Positions 49,374-56,431 are shown, numbered from the stretch's first letter. The stretch: 64,000 bases of DNA from a virus (IMGVR_UViG_3300029288_000066:64001-128000), one strand, 5' to 3'. Notes: a model not told the origin generated them from the letters alone. A program made the numbers and translations.

Positions 49374-50057
49374 TTACCATTCCTTAGAAAAAATAGCTGC
49401 TGGATAATGTTTATGGGCATAGTCCATCCAAATTTTCATTATTTTTCCCTTTTCTTCTTGATTTATAATAGGATTTTCTTCCATAAAGTAATTAAGATAA
49501 CTGCTTGCTACGTCATCTATTGGAATCTTTTTTATTTTTGCCTCTCTGTAAAAACCAGCAATCATTGCTGGAATTTCATCCCTTGATACGAAATAACCAT
49601 ACTTATCTTCAAGTTCCACCCTTTTCCTTATGCTAAGAGGTTTTGCTCTTCCTGGAATATAGTTTTTTCCCTTCTGCTGGGTCAGATGCTCAATCTCATA
49701 CCTTACAACACGATTTAACTCAGCGTTTATGTCAACATACATGAGGCGCTCTATTTCTCTGTTTGGAGCATCTATGTCAACTTCCATTCTAACAGTTTTG
49801 GTACTAAGCAAAGTCTCTCCACCAATCCTATAAAAACCCCCTTCTTTATCTATGGTTCTTTTTACGAAAACATAAAGCTTCATGTTGATTGGCGTCTTAT
49901 ATTTAAAAAGATATCCTTCCTCTTTTTTTCTGCTGACCTTCGAATCTCTTATAAGCTTCCAGATATCGTTAACGATTTTTCCAGAAACCCAGTCAAACCT
50001 TCCCTCATTCAACAAGTCGTCAATAACTTCTCTTACTATTTCCCTTACAATATCCAT
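49374..50057 (-). CDS. Hypothetical protein with IVREIVREVIDDLLNE leader and degenerate zincin-like motif
   Basis: VRYEIEHLTQ (HExxH-like with the first His lost) and downstream EIPA; TATTTATA at 50080. Confidence 0.65.
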   Translation of the reverse strand: MDIVREIVREVIDDLLNEGRFDWVSGKIVNDIWKLIRDSKVSRKKEEGYLFKYKTPINMKLYVFVKRTIDKEGGFYRIGGETLLSTKTVRMEVDIDAPNREIERLMYVDINAELNRVVRYEIEHLTQQKGKNYIPGRAKPLSIRKRVELEDKYGYFVSRDEIPAMIAGFYREAKIKKIPIDDVASSYLNYFMEENPIINQEEKGKIMKIWMDYAHKHYPAAIFSKEW

Positions 50058-50101
50058 AAACAATAATCAACAATTTGTTTATAAATATTTAAAAAAAATA
50101 T

Positions 50102-50368
50102 CTATTTATCAGCCACTGGCTGCCATCTTAGTTTATCATTTTTTATGGCCTTATTTATCCACCTCATTAGAAACATAACCTTTTCTTGTATGTTAAACGT
50201 AGCATCACCAACCTCTGCTCTTTCGCTAACGTCAACAGGAACCGTATACATTAAGTCTTCAACTACATAATTATACATCAAATTAGAACCAATACAGCAA
50301 TCAAGTGTTGCCATATTGCCGTCTTTAACCATTTGTGTTACTGTGTGCTTTAGATTTTCCATCTTCAT
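50102..50368 (-). CDS. Hypothetical protein
   Basis: VPVD..EVGDATF..EK..LMRWI. Confidence 0.65.
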   Translation of the reverse strand: MKMENLKHTVTQMVKDGNMATLDCCIGSNLMYNYVVEDLMYTVPVDVSERAEVGDATFNIQEKVMFLMRWINKAIKNDKLRWQPVADK

Positions 50369-50479
50369 TAAATTTTGAAATCATTTCCTTCATTCTGTTT
50401 TCTCGCTTGATTAGCATATTCTTTAATTTCAACTTTGCTTCATCAGAGAGTTCTCCAATTGGGATAAGCGTTATACCAT

Positions 50480-51103
50480 TCATAATTTTTGTTCTTCTAA
50501 ACTGATTAAATATTCAAGCTCTTCATTTATTTCTTTTGAAAATTCTTTGTATAATTCTTTTCCAAGCTTTGTTCTAAACTTTAAAACCTTATAAAAACTT
50601 TCCTGATTCTCCAGCTGTTTTTTATAGTCAATTTTTGACTCCTTCTGCAAACCCAAATAATTTGCCTGCAGTCTCGTCGGTTCAAAAAGTTGTGTCATAT
50701 CAGCATCTCTTATTACCTTTTGCTGGGTACTTAATTTGTCGTCATCAATCTTATAGGGAAATTCCGTTGCATCAAGAATTTCATTAATTTTTTCTAAATC
50801 AAAATCAAGTTCACTTTCTTTCAAAAACTCCTTAACCCCTTCTTTAGCATTCTTTATGTTTACATCATCTTTCTGCTCTCCAGCCGTATGATTGTAATCG
50901 TGAAAAATTGCTGCAATTAATAGCTCCTTCATTTCTTTGTCACTTAGTTTTTCAACCTTACCAATGTAGTAAGAAAAAACCGTTACGATTATGTTGTGAT
51001 TTAAATTGTGATACGGAGAATAGAGAGATTTACTGTTCTCAATAATGAAGCTTAGCGCCTTGCCTAAACATTCAAATTTTTTAAAGACTTTTACGAAATT
51101 CAT
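50480..51103 (-). CDS. HD-domain phosphohydrolase
   Basis: PYHNLNH, AAIFHDYNH, IRDAD. Confidence 0.85.
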   Translation of the reverse strand: MNFVKVFKKFECLGKALSFIIENSKSLYSPYHNLNHNIIVTVFSYYIGKVEKLSDKEMKELLIAAIFHDYNHTAGEQKDDVNIKNAKEGVKEFLKESELDFDLEKINEILDATEFPYKIDDDKLSTQQKVIRDADMTQLFEPTRLQANYLGLQKESKIDYKKQLENQESFYKVLKFRTKLGKELYKEFSKEINEELEYLISLEEQKL

Positions 51104-51165
51104 ATACTTATATTTTAATTTTTAATAAATATAATGTTAAAAATTAAAAATATAAATACAATTTG

Positions 51166-51238
51166 TAGAAATGATTGGATTTGAACCAACGACCTTTTCC
51201 ATGTCACGGAAACGCTCTGCCAACTGAGCTACACTTCT
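51166..51238 (-). tRNA. tRNA-Val(GAC)
   Basis: Cloverleaf; anticodon arm TTTCC-GTGACAT-GGAAA; T loop TTCAAAT. Confidence 0.9.
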
Positions 51239-51242
51239 ATAG

Positions 51243-51343
51243 TAAGAGTCCGAAGTCTTTTTGCCCTTCCTCTTATCCATTCCGCCACAGAATGGCTTAA
51301 GCCTCCAGGGGATGACCGCTGACTGAAGGACTCTCTAGACCCC
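51243..51343 (-). ncRNA. Unidentified ~100-nt rod-like structured RNA
   Basis: Nested stems AGAGTCC/GGACTCT, AGTC/GACT and CCATTC/GAATGG; GC-rich, non-coding, between tRNAs. Confidence 0.45.
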
Positions 51344-51425
51344 GTATATCAGCTTTTACATTTTAATTTAAGTGACGGTTTAAACTTATAAATGTCACTT
51401 ATAAATATGTAAAAGTTTTGGGTTG

Positions 51426-51500
51426 TGGAAACACTTGGATTCAAACCAAGGACCCTCTGGTTGTAGGCCAGATGCTCTAAATCAGCTGAGCTATGCTTCC
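51426..51500 (-). tRNA. tRNA-Val(TAC), atypical C33
   Basis: Cloverleaf; TCTGG-CCTACAA-CCAGA. Confidence 0.85.
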
Positions 51501-51508
51501 GAAATTAG

Positions 51509-51581
51509 TGGGAGTGGAGGGAATCGAACCCCCTAAAAATTGGATGTAACCCAACTGCCCCAGCCGTTAGACGCCACTCCC
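51509..51581 (-). tRNA. tRNA-Val(TAC), divergent D arm
   Basis: GGGAGTG/CACTCCC acceptor stem; GTTGG-GTTACAT-CCAAT; T loop TTCGATT. Confidence 0.8.
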
Positions 51582-51589
51582 GTAAAAAA

Positions 51590-51944
51590 AATAAGATGAG
51601 CATAGCCAGAGTTCTGTTTTATTTTAGCATTTGTCTGGCAAAATGACTCGTCAAACTGCCGTTAGCCTCTACCAGGTCATTATAGAATTGAAGGTTCCCA
51701 TTCTAGACCCATTTGAGTTGCACACCGCCATTTGGCTATTTATTTAAAATAAACGTTGCACCAGTAATAACGATTGTAATTCGTGGCTTTCGGGTTACTG
51801 ATTTATTTGGCGCACTCTAACCCATTTTTCTATTTTGATGCCAATCCTAACAACTTTAACATTACAATCTTCTGATTCCTTCTTAATGATGTGCTCTGAG
51901 CTTCCTCATGTATTAATTACATGCGCTAAATCCTCTTTCTTATT
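51590..51944 (-). ncRNA. rnpB: RNase P RNA (ends approximate)
   Basis: Conserved regions in order: GAGGAAGCTCAGAGC (CR I), GTGCAAC, AGACAAATG (CR IV), ACAGAACTCTGGCTA (CR V, pairs with CR I to form P4); terminal ATAAGA/TCTTAT P1. Confidence 0.85.
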
Positions 51945-52814
51945 TTTATTAATTTTCCATCGTTTTTTTTGACAGTTATCCGAACAAAATCTTTTATGAT
52001 TATATTCTGTGTTAAATTTTTTCCCACAAAACCCACAAGTTCTATTTAAATAACTTTCTTTTACTATTGTTTCCCATTTGTGATTATAACATACAACTGG
52101 ACTTATTCCGATAAAATTTAAAAACTCAAAAACCTTTTTATTTGGTATTATAATTCTATTGGTACTCTCTTTTAAATAGGCATCAAACTCATAAAAATTC
52201 AATTTTTCAATTAAAACTTTATTATCTTCTTTGGAAAATGAATCAGTGCAAAAAACAGCCCCAACCTGATTATCTAAAGTCCCATCCCCTAAATACCAAT
52301 GCAGAACAACGGTTCTGTTAAGTTCTATATCTTTGGGAACTATTTTTTTTCCATTTGGATACCACTTTTCTCTTAATTTAGTAAAACACTTATTTGCTCT
52401 TGATGTTATAGTAAAATAATCATTCCCGTTGCTATATCCACTATGCCCTTTTCCGCTGTACTGTGACAACTCAAATCCAAGTTGTTCTGCTAAAAAATCA
52501 ATGTATTCTTTAAAAACACAAGAATGAGTAAAAGATGAATTTTGGTTATTGATTATTCTTTTGCAATGTCCATCAGAAAGTAAAGACCCATTTATAACAT
52601 CTAAGTCATTTTTTGTCAAAACTATTTCTTCTAAATTCTTTTTTGACTCATCTGAACACCTTAAAGAACAAAATCTGTTTGCCTTATGTTTCCTTTTTAG
52701 AAATTCAGCTCCACAAATTTCACATCTTCCTTTAATATAATATTCATAACCAGTACCGCTTTTACGTTTTTTTTTGTAAGAACCATCTTTTGTTATTTCG
52801 AAATCTCCTATCAT
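51906..52814 (-). CDS. LAGLIDADG homing endonuclease with flanking Zn ribbons
   Basis: INGSLLSDG and LHWYLGDG motifs, FCTDSF; 3' end overlaps the 5' end of RNase P RNA. Confidence 0.85.
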   Translation of the reverse strand: MIGDFEITKDGSYKKKRKSGTGYEYYIKGRCEICGAEFLKRKHKANRFCSLRCSDESKKNLEEIVLTKNDLDVINGSLLSDGHCKRIINNQNSSFTHSCVFKEYIDFLAEQLGFELSQYSGKGHSGYSNGNDYFTITSRANKCFTKLREKWYPNGKKIVPKDIELNRTVVLHWYLGDGTLDNQVGAVFCTDSFSKEDNKVLIEKLNFYEFDAYLKESTNRIIIPNKKVFEFLNFIGISPVVCYNHKWETIVKESYLNRTCGFCGKKFNTEYNHKRFCSDNCQKKRWKINKNKKEDLAHVINT

Positions 52815-52889
52815 ATATTTATTCTTTTATATAAATATATACAAAAAAGGAGAAAAAACAAAATTATTAAAAATAATGTTTCAAACAAC

Positions 52890-53132
52890 TTATTTTCTCA
52901 TCAGAATCCCACCCCTCCAGGTCAAACCTTTTCCCCAGTAATACTTTCCATCCTTTGACATTGCCCAAACATTCATGGCCTCATCCATGTATACTGGAAG
53001 ATTTTCAAATTGCTCCATGGCAATTTTTGTTTTTGTTCTTCTTCTAAAAATTCTGTTGGCAAATCTTTTATCTTTTTTTTCAGACCCCCCACCAATGCCA
53101 AAAATGGGAGTTTTTCTTCTTGAGTTGCTCAT
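52890..53132 (-). CDS. Small basic protein within the tRNA region, 80 aa
   Basis: MSNSRRKTPIFG..SEKKDKRFANRIFRRRTK..WAMSKDGKYYW. Confidence 0.7.
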   Translation of the reverse strand: MSNSRRKTPIFGIGGGSEKKDKRFANRIFRRRTKTKIAMEQFENLPVYMDEAMNVWAMSKDGKYYWGKGLTWRGGILMRK

Positions 53133-53229
53133 GTTTTCTAAATTTAAAAATTTAAAAGACCGCAGAGCTCCTTCCATTAAAATAACTTTTCATGATAATT
53201 TCTTTTTTATAAATATTTTTAAAAAACTG

Positions 53230-53301
53230 TTGTTCTGCAGGGACTCGAACCCCGACTATCTTCATCCAGAGTGAAGCGTGTTGCCATTACACTACAGAAC
53301 A
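53230..53301 (-). tRNA. tRNA-Gln(CTG)
   Basis: U1-A72 pair; CTTCA-CTCTGGA-TGAAG. Confidence 0.9.
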
Positions 53302-53306
53302 ATTTG

Positions 53307-53386
53307 TACCCTCCGCAGGACTCGAACCTGCAATTTCAGCTCCAATTACGATTACAAAGTTCGTAGCTTTGCTCGGCTAGGAAGGC
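53307..53386 (-). tRNA. Atypical tRNA-Arg(ACG)-like RNA lacking a D arm, with long variable region
   Basis: GCCTTCC/GGAGGGT acceptor stem, 8-nt connector, CAAAG-CTACGAA-CTTTG, ~23-nt variable region, GCAGG-TTCGAGT-CCTGC. Confidence 0.7.
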
Positions 53387-53391
53387 ATTTG

Positions 53392-53465
53392 TGACCCTTG
53401 AGGGATTCAAACCCCCAACCCCGAAATCCGTAGTTTCGTGCTCTATTCAGTTGAGCTAAAAGGCC
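53392..53465 (-). tRNA. tRNA-Arg(ACG)
   Basis: Cloverleaf; CGAAA-CTACGGA-TTTCG. Confidence 0.9.
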
Positions 53466-53470
53466 GTTTG

Positions 53471-53543
53471 TGGAACTGGGTGTCTTCGACACACCGACCC
53501 ATTGCTGTTCAGACAATTGCTCTTCCAACTGAGCTACAGTTTC
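53471..53543 (-). tRNA. tRNA-Phe(GAA), atypical T loop
   Basis: ATTGT-CTGAACA-GCAAT; T loop GTCGAAG; one acceptor-stem mismatch. Confidence 0.8.
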
Positions 53544-53551
53544 TTGTTTTG

Positions 53552-53625
53552 TGGAACCTCCCAGATTTGAACTGGGGCAAACCTGGATTTTCGGTCCAGT
53601 GCTCTACCAACTGAGCTAAGGTTCC
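53552..53625 (-). tRNA. tRNA-Phe(GAA), atypical C33
   Basis: CTGGA-CCGAAAA-TCCAG. Confidence 0.88.
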
Positions 53626-53724
53626 ATTAATTCTCAAATCTGAGCGGCTGGGTAGGTAGCATTTTGCATACACCACTCAAACTTGAGAATAATTTTTAAT
53701 CACAACATGTCAAAGACCTTGATG

Positions 53725-53800
53725 TTGCCTCACTAGGATTCGAACCTAGACATGCTTTTTCCGTCAAAGGGAAACGTGCGGCCAATTACACTATAAGGCA
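53725..53800 (-). tRNA. tRNA-Gln(TTG)
   Basis: U1-A72 pair; TTTCC-CTTTGAC-GGAAA; 8-nt variable loop. Confidence 0.85.
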
Positions 53801-53805
53801 ATTTG

Positions 53806-53878
53806 TGGAGATAGCAGAACTTGAATCTGCGACTTTCACGTCTTCAGCGTGACACTCTACCATCTGAGTTACATCTCC
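53806..53878 (-). tRNA. tRNA-Phe(GAA)
   Basis: TCACG-CTGAAGA-CGTGA. Confidence 0.9.
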
Positions 53879-53899
53879 ATTATTTAAAGAACTTTCTTG

Positions 53900-53973
53900 C
53901 TATTCTGCCTGGGCTCGAACCAGGACTCTTTTGAACCAAAATCAAACGTGTTTGCCAATTACACCACAGAACA
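53900..53973 (-). tRNA. tRNA-Gln(TTG)
   Basis: TTTGA-TTTTGGT-TCAAA; discriminator G. Confidence 0.9.
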
Positions 53974-53989
53974 ATATTTTAAAGAACAT

Positions 53990-54023
53990 AAAAAAACCCC
54001 AGGGTTTTTGACCTTGGGGTTTT
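53990..54023 (-). terminator. Attenuator terminator in front of the tRNA array
   Basis: Minus strand ACCCCAAGGT-CAAAA-ACCCTGGGGT followed by a T run, ending 16 nt before the first tRNA. Confidence 0.85.
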
Positions 54024-54043
54024 CATTAAATTATATATTTAGT

Positions 54044-54139
54044 TTAACGACATAACACAGCCAAGGTCTTTAGTGCTTGTTGCACAAAAAACACCACCTG
54101 AAAAAAGCGCTGACTTGATATGTTTGTTAAATTTTTCAT
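54044..54139 (-). CDS. Leader (attenuator) peptide MKNLTNISSQRFFQVVFFVQQALKTLAVLCR
   Basis: ATG with A-rich upstream region; codons 10-21 encode only Gln/Arg/Phe/Val; contains antiterminator strand GACCTTGG (54061-54068). Confidence 0.85.
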   Translation of the reverse strand: MKNLTNISSQRFFQVVFFVQQALKTLAVLCR

Positions 54140-54177
54140 TACTTTCTTTTTTATTTAAATAGTTCAATTTTTTACTT

Positions 54178-54202
54178 TCTACGCAAAGATACAAAAAAAG
54201 TT
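54178..54202 (-). promoter_or_regulatory. Overlapping ECF-type (AAC-N16-CGTAG) and host-type (TATCTTTG) promoters for the tRNA leader
   Basis: Minus strand AAC-TTTTTTTGTATCTTTG-CGTAGA. Confidence 0.7.
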
Positions 54203-54243
54203 ACATTAAATGCAAGAAAAAATCAAATTATTTTTATTTTATT

Positions 54244-54546
54244 TTATTTTGAGTCGTGTTTTTTAGCAATAGCTGGCGTCTTCATTTTCATTATTTGTCC
54301 AGCATTTGTTCTTCCATCATAGTCAACATCTACTACAATACTGCCACATTCAGTACACCATCTTGCCACTTGAGAACTTCCGCCATAAGTGGATTCTGCT
54401 TCTAATATCACAATTAATTTGTGATTTCCTTTTAAACATTCTTCCATAATTTCACTTTTATATTTTATTACACTTTTCCTGATGCTTGGTATCAGTCCAA
54501 CATTTATCAAACTCTTCACAATTCCTGCAGTGGTCAATGTATTCAT
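54244..54546 (-). CDS. Hypothetical protein
   Basis: RWCTECGSIVVD motif; start uncertain. Confidence 0.55.
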   Translation of the reverse strand: MNTLTTAGIVKSLINVGLIPSIRKSVIKYKSEIMEECLKGNHKLIVILEAESTYGGSSQVARWCTECGSIVVDVDYDGRTNAGQIMKMKTPAIAKKHDSK

Positions 54547-54602
54547 CTCCTATAACACCAAATAAATGCAATATATCTTGCATTGCATATCTTCGGTCAC
54601 CC

Positions 54603-54896
54603 TCACTCATCCCGTAAAGCCATTAATATTCCTTTAAGCACCTCCTTTTTGCTCAACTCATACATAAATTCAATCCTATAATATGGTTCTGTGCTCATTG
54701 TTGGAGTTGAATAGTGGACAAGCTTAAATAGAACAATATCTCTATTTTCAATGCTATCACATTTAACTGAACACACATCGCAGCCATCAACATTATAGCC
54801 GCTTTCTTTCATGTATTCTTTTATTTGTTGGCGTAAGTCTGTTTTTTCATTTATTACCACCAAACCAAAATCTTTTTTAATGTCACTGTTTTCCAT
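54603..54896 (-). CDS. Hypothetical protein
   Basis: ORF in the minus-strand run. Confidence 0.55.
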   Translation of the reverse strand: MENSDIKKDFGLVVINEKTDLRQQIKEYMKESGYNVDGCDVCSVKCDSIENRDIVLFKLVHYSTPTMSTEPYYRIEFMYELSKKEVLKGILMALRDE

Positions 54897-54903
54897 ATTA
54901 TAG

Positions 54904-55185
54904 TTATGCACAATTAAAACGTATATGAAAGTAATGCTGTGCTATGAATCCATCTTTTACTTTCATAAAAAAAGTTATCTCGTAATTTGGATTTAAATTT
55001 TTTGAACAATAGTGATTATATAATAAATCGTGCATTCTTTTCAAATCGTAATCTATTATAACATCTCCTTCTATATCCATTTCGTGTCCGCAAGAACAAG
55101 TCGTGTTAAATCCATTATCCCTTAATAATTTTACGATTTCTCTTACGGGCTCTTCAATATTTTCTTCGTACCAATTCATATTCAA
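54904..55185 (-). CDS. Hypothetical protein inside an attC-like cassette
   Basis: IVKLLRDNGFNTTCSCGH motif. Confidence 0.65.
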   Translation of the reverse strand: MNMNWYEENIEEPVREIVKLLRDNGFNTTCSCGHEMDIEGDVIIDYDLKRMHDLLYNHYCSKNLNPNYEITFFMKVKDGFIAQHYFHIRFNCA

Positions 55186-55205
55186 AAAATTTAATTATTA
55201 ACTGT

Positions 55206-55259
55206 GCATAACAAAGTGTAAAAAACATTAAAACGATTTTTTACACTCAACCGTTATGT
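55206..55259 (+). repeat. attC-like palindromic site
   Basis: GCATAAC...AGTGTAAAAAA/TTTTTTACACT...GTTATGT. Confidence 0.55.
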
Positions 55260-55436
55260 TTAATTATTTTTGTTTTAATTCTTCAATCAAAAGTTTTTTT
55301 ACTTGCTTTCTAATTTTTTTAGGTATCACTATTTCTGGGACGCCTTCTTCAACTGTTATTGCAGATTCAATTTGAAAGGCTTCGCATTTAATTATTTTGG
55401 TTTTCAGTTTTAAATTTATCTCTTTCATAATTTATA

Positions 55437-55625
55437 TTATTTTACCTTACGCACTTTCTTTTTAATAAAAATTTCCCTGTGTGTGTCCCATCTACAATAT
55501 TTCCGTTCAACACACATCGGTCCTTGTCCAAATATACATAAGCTACAAGGGTTTTTATCAAGCTGTTCCTTTAACGATTTGTCGTCATCGAAATTTTTAC
55601 TTTCTACAATAAGATTAAGTTCCAT
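55437..55625 (-). CDS. Small Cys-rich hypothetical protein
   Basis: ORF in the minus-strand run. Confidence 0.5.
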   Translation of the reverse strand: MELNLIVESKNFDDDKSLKEQLDKNPCSLCIFGQGPMCVERKYCRWDTHREIFIKKKVRKVK

Positions 55626-55634
55626 TTTATTTAA

Positions 55635-55928
55635 TTATTTGATTTGTTTACCGTTAAGTATCATTCCCAATGCAGAATCATCACTGCTGTCTTCCCAATG
55701 CTTTTTCAAAATTTGTTTTATTTCATCTATAAGACCCTTTTCAATTTTACCATCTAATTTGAGTATTACATTTTCATAAGCATCAGCCTGTGCTTTTTTG
55801 CAGATATAAACTGCATCGCTTCTGTCTAAGAATTGATGGTTTTCAAATTCTTCTTTGAACAGGTTTCTCCAATATCCTCCAGAACTAACTTGCCTACAAA
55901 AGATATCTTTCCATGATTCTTTTTCCAT
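55635..55928 (-). CDS. Hypothetical protein
   Basis: ORF in the minus-strand run. Confidence 0.6.
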   Translation of the reverse strand: MEKESWKDIFCRQVSSGGYWRNLFKEEFENHQFLDRSDAVYICKKAQADAYENVILKLDGKIEKGLIDEIKQILKKHWEDSSDDSALGMILNGKQIK

Positions 55929-55934
55929 ATTTTA

Positions 55935-56411
55935 TTATTCAGTATTTTTAAAAATTCCCTTTTTCTTTAAAAAATATTCTTTCAGCATTTCTCGTCTCAA
56001 CTCGATATGTTTCACTATCCATTCATGCCCAGCATCAACACGTTTTCCCCCATATTCATAATAATGACACAGAGGAAGCGTTGTTCTGCTCAATTGGGTT
56101 GCTTTGTCAAAATATTTTTTTAATTTTACATCTATGGCATTTTTTATCTTGGCTTTAATAACATCGTCAACAACTTTTTCTTCTTTCTTTACAAGTTCTT
56201 TGCCAAGCTTTTTTGCCGCATGACCGCTCAGAGTTTTAAATCTTTCTTCACCTGAAAACAACCAATACCAATATCCTTCGATGGAATCAAAGTCTCCATC
56301 TACTAATGTAATCGGAGTATAGGAAAAATTACTAAGCCATCTTCCAAGTTTCGTTTTTGCCCTGGAATATATGTTAATGTGGGTTGTTCCGTCTTCACCT
56401 TCAATAATCAT
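55935..56411 (-). CDS. Phage protein, possibly a distant NADAR-fold member
   Basis: DGTTHINIYS..LGRWLSNF..FDSIEGYW..AKKLGK. Confidence 0.6.
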   Translation of the reverse strand: MIIEGEDGTTHINIYSRAKTKLGRWLSNFSYTPITLVDGDFDSIEGYWYWLFSGEERFKTLSGHAAKKLGKELVKKEEKVVDDVIKAKIKNAIDVKLKKYFDKATQLSRTTLPLCHYYEYGGKRVDAGHEWIVKHIELRREMLKEYFLKKKGIFKNTE

Positions 56412-56431
56412 ATCAATTTTTATATAAATAA

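Noticed and set aside
51426-51500. Possible amber suppressor tRNA (CTA in the loop) and a recoded genome
   Set aside because: With the 5-bp stem the centred anticodon is TAC. Long ORFs are intact under the standard code, and TAG ends genes such as speD.
51906-52814. Group I intron around the LAGLIDADG ORF
   Set aside because: The flanking structured RNA matches RNase P motifs, no interrupted gene is evident, and the ORF has its own promoter-like motif.
53725-53800. Reading as tRNA-Val/Asp from GAC/GTC in the loop
   Set aside because: The 7-nt loop CTTTGAC centres on TTG, and the U1-A72 pair indicates Gln.
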